DNA from: Erysipelotrichales bacterium
GTDB taxonomy: Bacteria; Bacillota_I; Bacilli_A; RF39; UBA660
DNA length: 32,000 nucleotides
NCBI GenBank assembly: GCA_022508565.1
Contig: JAFLUY010000002.1
Location: 1 to 32,000 of the forward strand
Direction: 5' to 3'
Both the position numbers and the translations under genes were made by a program. How positions within the stretch are numbered: the stretch's first letter is position 1; each line of letters opens with the position of its first letter. The notes below the pieces were generated by a model, which ran no database searches, was not told the DNA's origin, and saw only the letters and a program-made list of their open reading frames with translations. Shown here piece by piece: positions 8,813 through 15,994 of the stretch.

Positions 8813-9223
8813 ATGAAAAAAGCATTAAAAATCGCTATAACTATTATTTTATTAATCATCTTAATTTCTTTATTACTATTTAGTACTAAAGAATATGTTG
8901 ATGAAGTAAAGGATACATTAGAAAATACTAAAGTAGTAAAACGATATAACAATAAAACCAAAGAAGTAGAAAAAGTTTATAATGAAGATGAAACAAAAGA
9001 ATTGATAAAGCAACTTGACTATTCTAAATGGACAGAAACAAAAGAATTAAATAATGATGAAGTTATCTATACATTAAAACTATATGAAGATGAAGACAGT
9101 GAAAATGACGCATCGATTGATATCGTTGTCAATTATGAATTTGTAATTGTAAAAATAAATGGCTATGAAGATAAACTATATCAAACAAACCACAACCTAA
9201 AGAGTATGTTTAAAAAAAGATAA
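8813..9223 (+). CDS. Small membrane-anchored hypothetical protein
   Basis: MKKALKIAITIILLIILISLLLFS is an N-terminal TM anchor, followed by a charged soluble domain. ATG 8813 is preferred to GTG 8798. Confidence 0.65.
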   Translation: MKKALKIAITIILLIILISLLLFSTKEYVDEVKDTLENTKVVKRYNNKTKEVEKVYNEDETKELIKQLDYSKWTETKELNNDEVIYTLKLYEDEDSENDASIDIVVNYEFVIVKINGYEDKLYQTNHNLKSMFKKR

Positions 9224-9241
9224 AAAATAAAGGAGAAAAGT

Positions 9242-10246
9242 ATGAAAGAAGTTAAAATAAAAGAAGAAAAAACTAAAAAAGAAGAAGTAATTGAAGAAAA
9301 AGTAGTTAAGGAAAAGAAAAGAATTACACCTTTATATATAATTAAATTAATTCTTTTAATAATAACTAGCCCAATTTGGTTTCCTTGGAAAGTTTTATTT
9401 GTAAGAAGACCAGGTAAAAAATTTAAAGATGTAAGTATTCCTAAGAAAATATTTAGAATCTTAAGAGCGCCAATTACAAAAACTATTAAATTTGCGTTAT
9501 TCTTATTCATAATTGCAATAGAAATATCTTTATTATATAAAGTAAGATATTCACCAGTTACTTATACAATAACTAGAAGTTCTGTTCATAATTATTATTT
9601 ACAAGGAGAAAGTAGTAAGCAACTACTAGGCCTAGTCGATAATGTTTATGCAAGCAATTTAAATTTACATTATGATGAATTTAAAGAAGCATTTGATAAT
9701 ATTGATACTTGGAGTTTAGGTACTAAAAATAAAATGTATGTTATTTTAGATGCTGATGTAACTAAAATAATGGTTAAATATATTGGCGATTCTTATGTGT
9801 CTTATATTCTAACTGAATTTAACACTAATGAATCATTTAGAAATGATATAGAGTATATAGTAAAAAACATTAATAAAATTTTAACCCGTTTCGTAAGAGA
9901 ACTTCCAGAGGCATTACCATATGAAGATTTAGATGTAATTACAAAACCACTTGCTTCTGCTGGCTCAGTTACAGTAGATTATAAAGTTGCTTTAGATGCT
10001 TTAGGTACAATAGTAAAATCTTACGAAAATGAATTTGAAGAAGATACAACTTCAGTAATCCAAAAAGACGAAAAAGAAATGATTAATTTATTTATCAAAA
10101 TGGTAGTTGACTTTGGTAAAGGAAAAACTATTGCTCAAGTTTATGAAGAAGCAACAGGTGAACCACTTGTTAGAACTTCTTCATCTAATAAAAATGCAAC
10201 AGTTGAAATAATAGGAATTGAACCGGGGATGAGCGAAATAAGATAG
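9242..10246 (+). CDS. Hypothetical membrane protein
   Basis: AAGGAG RBS. K/E-rich N-terminus, two hydrophobic helices (LYIIKLILLIITSPIWFPW and IKFALFLFIIAIEISLLY), then a soluble domain of about 230 aa from an unrecognised family. Confidence 0.7.
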   Translation: MKEVKIKEEKTKKEEVIEEKVVKEKKRITPLYIIKLILLIITSPIWFPWKVLFVRRPGKKFKDVSIPKKIFRILRAPITKTIKFALFLFIIAIEISLLYKVRYSPVTYTITRSSVHNYYLQGESSKQLLGLVDNVYASNLNLHYDEFKEAFDNIDTWSLGTKNKMYVILDADVTKIMVKYIGDSYVSYILTEFNTNESFRNDIEYIVKNINKILTRFVRELPEALPYEDLDVITKPLASAGSVTVDYKVALDALGTIVKSYENEFEEDTTSVIQKDEKEMINLFIKMVVDFGKGKTIAQVYEEATGEPLVRTSSSNKNATVEIIGIEPGMSEIR

Positions 10247-10268
10247 AGTTATAATAACTCTATTTTTA
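10244..10268 (+). terminator. Rho-independent terminator
   Basis: TAGAGTTA-taa-TAACTCTA followed by T5. The stem overlaps the stop codon. Confidence 0.65.
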
Positions 10269-10324
10269 TTGAACATCTACTTTACTTTGTTTTTTTACTA
10301 AAACAATAATATTTTCTAAAGTTA

Positions 10325-10333
10325 TGATAAAAT
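10325..10333 (+). promoter_or_regulatory. Extended -10 promoter element for the SDR gene
   Basis: TGATAAAAT (TGnTAAAAT) about 22 nt upstream of ATG 10355. Confidence 0.4.
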
Positions 10334-10354
10334 TAAATTATGTAGAGGTGTATT

Positions 10355-11089
10355 ATGGAAAGAAAAGTAGCAGTAATCACAGGCGCAAGAAGAGGTTTAG
10401 GAGCATCTATTGCTTATAGTCTTGCAAGAAGAGGTTATAATGTTGTTGTCAATGACCGTGTTTGTGAAGAAGATGTTTTAGAAGTTGTTAATAATATTAA
10501 AAACAACTATGAGGTTGATGCATTAGGGGTTATGGCTGATGTATCAGTAGAAAATGAAGTTAAAAGATTTTTACGTGTTGTACAAGAAAAGTATGGAAGA
10601 GTAGATGTTGTTGTTAACAATGCTGGAATAGTTGAAGACGTAGAACTAGAAAACAGAACTATAGATACATTCAATGAAACACTAACTAACAATGTAACTT
10701 CAGTTTATCTAATGAGTAAGTATTTTGGTTTATATATGTACCAAAATAAAAAGGGTAAAATAATAAATATTTCATCAACTAATGGTACAAAGGTATTTTC
10801 ACCAGAAAGTATCGACTATGATGCATCAAAGGTTGCAATTAATTCCTTAACTAACAATTATGCAAAGCAATTTGCCCCATATGTTTTAGTTAATGCTGTA
10901 GCACCTGGATGGATTAATACAGAAATGAATGCAGATCTACCTATAAAGTTTGTTAAAGAGGAATGTGAAAAAATCTATATTAAAAGATTTGCAGAACCAC
11001 AAGAAGTTGCAAACCTTGTTTGTTTCTTAGCAAGTGATGATTGTTCATATATTAATGGTGAAGTCATTAATATAGATGGAGGATATTAA
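10355..11089 (+). CDS. SDR-family oxidoreductase (FabG-like)
   Basis: VAVITGARRGLG (TGxxxGxG), NNAG, the catalytic YDASKVAINSL (YxxxK) and the PG motif APGWINT. Confidence 0.9.
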   Translation: MERKVAVITGARRGLGASIAYSLARRGYNVVVNDRVCEEDVLEVVNNIKNNYEVDALGVMADVSVENEVKRFLRVVQEKYGRVDVVVNNAGIVEDVELENRTIDTFNETLTNNVTSVYLMSKYFGLYMYQNKKGKIINISSTNGTKVFSPESIDYDASKVAINSLTNNYAKQFAPYVLVNAVAPGWINTEMNADLPIKFVKEECEKIYIKRFAEPQEVANLVCFLASDDCSYINGEVINIDGGY

Positions 11090-11175
11090 AATACAATCTG
11101 TAAAAAAGTTTGTATTTGTATATAATAAAGTTGGAGAAACACTTAAATTCACTTAAGCTGCCTAAATTTTTATAG

Positions 11176-11198
11176 ACTACCTAAAAGGTAGTTTTTTA
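11176..11198 (+). terminator. Rho-independent terminator
   Basis: ACTACCT-aaa-AGGTAGT followed by T5, about 87 nt after the SDR stop. Confidence 0.65.
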
Positions 11199-11356
11199 TA
11201 TTATACTTTGATTACTAACTAAAGAATATAATATTATTCTATATTATACATTTCCATTAATATCCAAATAGTTTTAATTGAATAATAATCAAAGTGCATT
11301 TATGGACAAAATGAAGCTGCCTCATTTTTATTGAAAATAAATATTTTATATGCTAG

Positions 11357-11362
11357 TATAAT
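11357..11362 (+). promoter_or_regulatory. Candidate -10 element for the ATPase/vWA cassette
   Basis: Consensus TATAAT 28 nt upstream of ATG 11390. The best -35 candidate, TTGAAA (11331-11336), has a non-ideal 20-nt spacer. RBS GGGGGA at 11378-11383. Confidence 0.4.
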
Positions 11363-11389
11363 ATTTAAGCTTTAATTGGGGGATTTTGC

Positions 11390-13243
11390 ATGAAAATAAA
11401 GAAAGTCGATATTTTAAAAGAGGCAATTCTTAAGAATAATTTGTCAAAACAAGAAGATAACAATTCTGTGATTTTTTGCTATTGTTCTGATCTTGCGCGA
11501 ATTACTGAAGTTAATTACGATGAAAAAACTAACTGTGGTGAATATTGGTTTGATGGTAATATAAATAATAGTAATAGTAATTCAAAGAAAAATAAAAATT
11601 GTATTAATTTTGTTCATTTCAATGGTGGTTTATCATATACACATAATACAAATTTAAAATCAGGTGTAAGGATTGCTATTTCTATTGATGATATAGAAGA
11701 TTTCGATATTAATGAACTTGAAAATTTGAGTGTTGAATATCCCTTAATTGCAGTGGGTGGTAGAACATCAGAAACTTTAGATAGATTATTTGAAAGCAAA
11801 AGCAAGTTAATTCTTAAAACAGGAAGACAACATGATATCGATGGAAAATTATATGACGAATATGAAGTTTTTGGAGTTAGATTTATAAAGAAGGAAAATA
11901 AAACAGATTCTAAAATTTTAAGTGATGGGACATTAACATCTAGAGATCACGATGTTTATTTAAAAATCGAAAAAATTCCATTAACTTATGATGAGGAAAA
12001 TAGAATACTATATTCTTCAATGATATTGTTTGGAACTGTTTTTGATAGCAAAGCAGTTGAATTTAAAGATAGTTATTTAAAACAATATTTAAATAGTGGA
12101 TTTTTAAAAAGTATAAATGATGAATTAAAACATGAAGAACCTAGCATATTATTTAACCAAGAACAAGTGCAAAATAATAGATATAACTTTGATTTCTCTC
12201 CTATTACTGAAGAGGAAATAATCGAAATATGTATAAACTCTAATATAGCTGTATTTTTACATGGTCAAACGGGAGTAGGTAAAACAGAAAGAATGCTAGC
12301 ATTAGATAAAAATTTAGAGTTAATTGATTTTGGATGTACTAGTTCTGATGGATTTACTGGTATAGTTGCTAAAGATTTTAATTCAAAAGAATTATTTCTA
12401 TATGAACCTTATTGGTATAAAAGTTTATGTGAAAAATGTAAATCTGAACCTGAAAAACTTCATATTTTATTCTTAGAAGAATTAACTAATGCTAAAAATG
12501 ATATTCAAAAAGTAGCTTTTGAAGTTACTTTAAATAAAACTCTTACAAACAGTGGTTTTAGATTACAACTGCCCCCAAATGCTGTTGTATGTGCGGCAGG
12601 TAATGAAGCTAGTGAATCTAAATCAGCTAATGCAATGAGTGAACCACTATTTGGTAGATTTGCGCATGTTTATATTAATACGTCTTCTGAAGATTGGTTA
12701 AAATGGGCTTTAAAAAGAAAAAAGACAGGAAAAGAGTTGTTATTTAAAGAACATGAAGATAATAAAGTAATACATCCAGCTATTTTAGATTATATTAGGG
12801 TTAATGGTGATAAAGTTTTAAGAACTCAATATACAGGTGTAACTCCAAATGCTGATCCAAGAAAGTGGTCTATGGCGTCTAAGGCTTTATATGAAAGTAA
12901 TAATCCAAATGTACTTCGTGCTTTTGTTGGTGAAGAAATAACACAACATTTTATTCAATTTTGCAAAATGAATTTAATTACTGTTGATGATGTTATAAAT
13001 AATAGATGTTCTCTAGAAAATATCTCAGCTGATCCTTCAGTAAGATGGCATGCTGTTATATGTTTAAGTACTGTTGATGATGAGAATGTAGATAAAGTTA
13101 GAGAATTTGTTAAGAGTTTTGGCCCAGAACTTTTAGCTGTATTTGATTATGAATGGTCAAAAGATAATCCAGAAAGAATTATGAAACTATATACAAGTTA
13201 TGAAAGACCAGCAGTTAAAGGATTGACATTAAATGGATCTTAA
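11390..13243 (+). CDS. AAA+ ATPase of the MoxR/AAA_5 class with an N-terminal domain of about 280 aa and unknown function
   Basis: Walker A GQTGVGKT (residues 292-299, nt 12263-12286). Walker B ILFLEE followed by LTNA (compare LFLDEINRA). AAGNE (compare ATMNP) and PLFGRFAHVYI (compare ALLSRF) are AAA_5-like. Residues 1-280 have no family I can name with confidence. Confidence 0.8.
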   Translation: MKIKKVDILKEAILKNNLSKQEDNNSVIFCYCSDLARITEVNYDEKTNCGEYWFDGNINNSNSNSKKNKNCINFVHFNGGLSYTHNTNLKSGVRIAISIDDIEDFDINELENLSVEYPLIAVGGRTSETLDRLFESKSKLILKTGRQHDIDGKLYDEYEVFGVRFIKKENKTDSKILSDGTLTSRDHDVYLKIEKIPLTYDEENRILYSSMILFGTVFDSKAVEFKDSYLKQYLNSGFLKSINDELKHEEPSILFNQEQVQNNRYNFDFSPITEEEIIEICINSNIAVFLHGQTGVGKTERMLALDKNLELIDFGCTSSDGFTGIVAKDFNSKELFLYEPYWYKSLCEKCKSEPEKLHILFLEELTNAKNDIQKVAFEVTLNKTLTNSGFRLQLPPNAVVCAAGNEASESKSANAMSEPLFGRFAHVYINTSSEDWLKWALKRKKTGKELLFKEHEDNKVIHPAILDYIRVNGDKVLRTQYTGVTPNADPRKWSMASKALYESNNPNVLRAFVGEEITQHFIQFCKMNLITVDDVINNRCSLENISADPSVRWHAVICLSTVDDENVDKVREFVKSFGPELLAVFDYEWSKDNPERIMKLYTSYERPAVKGLTLNGS

Positions 13244-14411
13244 TAAAATTATAAGAAATCTTTTGATGAGATTTCCATTATTTGGTAATGTAATTGCTAA
13301 TTTAGAATTTATTTATACGACAAAAGCTGTTAATGCTCCAGCTTTTACTGATGGTAGCCGTGTTTATTACAAACAGGAATTTATTGATAACTATAGTGAT
13401 GCCGAAAGAGAATTTATCATTGCACATGAAATATTACATATAGTTTTTTCTCATGTATTTAGAAATACTGGACGTGATCAAGATTTATTAAACTATGTAG
13501 CTGATGCAATAATTAATAAAATATTAGTTAATGCGGGTATGACTATGCCTGAAGGTTTAGTTTATATAGAAGATGCTTTAGATTACTCAGTTGATGAATT
13601 ATATTTGAAATATTTACCTAAAATAGTTGAAATAAAAAAATTGATGGATCAAATAACTTATCATATTGATTTATCAGAACTAGATGAATTAATAGAGCAA
13701 ATGTATAAAAATGATTTAAATGAATTAATGGATGAAAATGAAAGCATTAAAAGAACGATGTTAGGTGATTTTGAGAATGATCTTCAAAAGAAAGCTTTTG
13801 CTGGAACAGCATCTTTGGGATTTGAATTTCCAAGTGTAAATGTGGGTAGGAGTGATGCATTACTTTCTTGGAGAGACTTATTATGTGCTTGTATAGTAAC
13901 TCCTGATGCTTCGACTGTTAGTTTTTATGAAATTGAAATGGATGGAATAATTAGAAAAGAGTATAAATCCGATGAATCTAATGCTGAAAGCGAAGTAATT
14001 ATTGATACTAGTTCATCTATGCCAATGAAAAAAATAAAAGTTATTTTAAGAGAATGCAAAAATATTTTGCAAACAAGCGATTTAAAAGTTGGTTTTTGCG
14101 ATGTTGAATTTTATGGTTGGAATGATATAAAAACTGAAGAAGATATTGATAACTTAAAAATTACTGGGCGTGGAGGCACAAACTTTTATGTGATGGCAAA
14201 AAGTTTTTCAAGTACTGCATTAAATAGAATAGTTATTACGGATGGTGGAGGAGCATATCCTCTTAATTATCCTGGTGTCTTATGGATAATCCTTAATACA
14301 CATATACCTACACCACCACCAGAAGGAATAGATTATATTTTTATTAATGAAAATGATATATCAGCACCTAATAATTCAAAAGAACTTGTATTAAATGGAA
14401 TAAAAAAATAA
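13233..14411 (+). CDS. Zincin metallopeptidase-vWA fusion protein (DUF2201_N plus DUF2201/VWA-like architecture)
   Basis: HEILH (HExxH, residues 65-69, nt 13425-13439) in the context RFPLFG..APAFTDG..EFIIAHEILHIVFSH. C-terminal vWA with MIDAS-like DTSSS (residues 258-262, nt 14004-14018), GRGGTNF and IVITDGGG. The start overlaps the ATPase stop by 11 nt. Confidence 0.8.
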   Translation: MDLNKIIRNLLMRFPLFGNVIANLEFIYTTKAVNAPAFTDGSRVYYKQEFIDNYSDAEREFIIAHEILHIVFSHVFRNTGRDQDLLNYVADAIINKILVNAGMTMPEGLVYIEDALDYSVDELYLKYLPKIVEIKKLMDQITYHIDLSELDELIEQMYKNDLNELMDENESIKRTMLGDFENDLQKKAFAGTASLGFEFPSVNVGRSDALLSWRDLLCACIVTPDASTVSFYEIEMDGIIRKEYKSDESNAESEVIIDTSSSMPMKKIKVILRECKNILQTSDLKVGFCDVEFYGWNDIKTEEDIDNLKITGRGGTNFYVMAKSFSSTALNRIVITDGGGAYPLNYPGVLWIILNTHIPTPPPEGIDYIFINENDISAPNNSKELVLNGIKK

Positions 14412-14440
14412 AAACAACTTTAGTAGTTGTTTTTTTTACA
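14412..14440. terminator. Bidirectional terminator between convergent genes
   Basis: AAAAACAACT-ttag-TAGTTGTTTTTTT: an AACAACT/AGTTGTT stem flanked by an A-run and a T-run. It sits between the stop codons at 14411 (+) and 14436 (-). Confidence 0.7.
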
Positions 14441-15374
14441 AAATATCTTCATCAAAACCTAATTTAGTTTTTGCAACATATATAGGTCTTCTTTTTATTT
14501 CTAAATATGATTTGGCTATATATTCACCAATTATTCCTAAGACAATTAATTGAATGCCTCCTAGGATAAGTATTACACACATAATTGATGCATATCCAGG
14601 AATATCTTTTCCAGATATAATAGTTTGTAATAGTATCTCCATAAAATACAAGAAAGATATAAATGATATTATACTTCCAAGAATAGTAGCTATTTTTAAA
14701 GGTTTAGTTGAAAAACTAAATAAACCATCTTTAGCGTAATTAAATTGTTTTTTTAATTTGAATTTTGAAACACCTGAATGTCTTTTATCAGCTGCATATG
14801 TCATGTAGAAAGTATTAAATCCAACCCATGCAAATAATCCTTTTGAGAAACGATTTGACTCTTCTAGAGATATTAATGCATCAACAACGCATTCGCGCAT
14901 TAATCTAAAATCAGATGCACCAGCAATTGTTTTTTGACCACTTGCTTTGCTCATTACTTTATAAAATGCTTTCTTTAAGAATCTTTGACTTCTTTTTTCT
15001 TTAGAATAATCGTTAACCATTGCAACTTCGTCATAACTAGGATTATCTTCTAAGAACTTTAACATATCAACTATATATTTAGGATTTTGTTGTAAGTCAG
15101 CATCAATTATACAAGTGTATTCAGCATGTGATGCCTTTAAACCTGCAAACATAGCTGCTTCTTTTCCAAAGTTACGTGAAAAACCAATAACTTTAATATT
15201 TTGTTTGTTCTTATTATATATTTTTGTTAGCTTATCTAATGACTTATCAATAGAACCATCATCTACAAATATTAAAGTATATTTAATTCCCTTCAAAGAT
15301 TTAGTTAAAGCATCATATAAAGGAATAATATTATTTTCTTCATTATATAGAGGAATAACTACATTAAGCTTCAT
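14436..15374 (-). CDS. GT2-family glycosyltransferase, polyprenol-phosphate sugar transferase type (GtrB/CsbB-like)
   Basis: MKLNVVIPLYNEENNI, FVDDGSID and IIDADLQ (DxD) are GT-A motifs. Two C-terminal TM helices are typical of GtrB/DPM1-like enzymes. ATG 15374 with an AGGTGA RBS (15379-15384) is preferred to the TTG at 15422. Confidence 0.88.
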   Translation of the reverse strand: MKLNVVIPLYNEENNIIPLYDALTKSLKGIKYTLIFVDDGSIDKSLDKLTKIYNKNKQNIKVIGFSRNFGKEAAMFAGLKASHAEYTCIIDADLQQNPKYIVDMLKFLEDNPSYDEVAMVNDYSKEKRSQRFLKKAFYKVMSKASGQKTIAGASDFRLMRECVVDALISLEESNRFSKGLFAWVGFNTFYMTYAADKRHSGVSKFKLKKQFNYAKDGLFSFSTKPLKIATILGSIISFISFLYFMEILLQTIISGKDIPGYASIMCVILILGGIQLIVLGIIGEYIAKSYLEIKRRPIYVAKTKLGFDEDIL

Positions 15375-15390
15375 AATATCACCTAGATAT

Positions 15391-15399
15391 ATTATACCA
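15391..15399 (-). promoter_or_regulatory. Possible extended -10 promoter for the GT2 gene
   Basis: The reverse complement reads TGGTATAAT. It would give a very short leader, with the TSS near the RBS, so this call is uncertain. Confidence 0.35.
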
Positions 15400-15500
15400 T
15401 AAATAGGTTGTTTAGCTATCAATTTAAAATATAAATATGCTTTACAAAGACTTTATTTTTTATTGTCGAAAAATTTTTTCGTAAAAATGGAAAAAATTAC

Positions 15501-15529
15501 TTGATTTCCAATATAATTTAATGTATAAT
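15501..15529 (+). promoter_or_regulatory. S10 operon promoter
   Basis: TTGATT (15501-15506), 17-nt spacer, TATAAT (15524-15529). Confidence 0.6.
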
Positions 15530-15666
15530 CATTGATAGTTTAACTGGCTATGATGTGCAAGGTTGCTGATACACTAGGAAGAGTTGCATATACACTAGTG
15601 AAAATCAGGTTAATTTGTTTACGGAGCTATGTTTATACAAGATATAGACGAAGGGAGGACATGTAA
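15530..15666 (+). promoter_or_regulatory. Long 5' leader of the S10 operon containing a 16-nt direct repeat
   Basis: About 137 nt lie between the predicted -10 and ATG 15667. GTTGCTGATACACTAG (15562-15577) and GTTGCATATACACTAG (15583-15598) are repeated at a 21-nt period. RBS GGGAGGA. Confidence 0.45.
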
Positions 15667-15972
15667 ATGTCAAAAGTTAGAATAAGATTAAAAGCTTATG
15701 ATCACAGAGTTCTTGATAACGCTGTTGCTAGAATCATTGAAACTGTGAAACGTACTGGTGGAGAAGTATCTGGGCCAGTACCACTTCCAACAGAAATTCA
15801 AAAGATCACTGTACTTAAGGCTGTTCACAAATATAAAGATTCTCGTGAACAATTCGAAATGCGTACTCATAAGAGATTAATCGATATTAAAAATCCTAGT
15901 AAAGAAACTATGGATGCGTTAGCTCACTTAGATATACCAAGTGGAGTTGAAATTAATATTAAAACTATATAA
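15667..15972 (+). CDS. rpsJ: 30S ribosomal protein S10
   Basis: [42 protein letters not shown] is a canonical S10 sequence. Confidence 0.98.
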   Translation: MSKVRIRLKAYDHRVLDNAVARIIETVKRTGGEVSGPVPLPTEIQKITVLKAVHKYKDSREQFEMRTHKRLIDIKNPSKETMDALAHLDIPSGVEINIKTI

Positions 15973-15994
15973 TTAGAAATTTGGAGGAAAGAAT

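Noticed and set aside
11303-11335. Ten-codon mini-ORF MDKMKLPHFY upstream of the ATPase gene, considered as a possible leader peptide
   Set aside because: It has no Shine-Dalgarno sequence upstream and no obvious attenuator pairing. The GC-rich 9-mer inside it is better explained as a repeated DNA/RNA motif.
7680-15402. Other antisense or overlapping ORFs (7680-7871, 8752-8961, 9181-9510, 10507-10692, 11614-11805, 14554-14739, 15115-15402, 15688-15870, 16543-16728, 30181-30420)
   Set aside because: Each is fully embedded antisense in a better-supported gene. Their compositions are low-complexity mirror images of the sense strand.
15375-15422. TTG-initiated N-terminal extension of the GT2 gene (MIAKQPIYGIIYLGDI)
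   Set aside because: GT2 enzymes of this type start right at MK..V.IP.YNE. An AGGTGA RBS precedes ATG 15374, and the extension would cover that RBS and a TGGTATAAT element.
11090-15430. Calling the ATPase/vWA/GT2 region a mobile genomic island
   Set aside because: There is no integrase, transposase, tRNA target or flanking direct repeats, and I see no obvious compositional shift. Accessory status can only be tested by comparative genomics.
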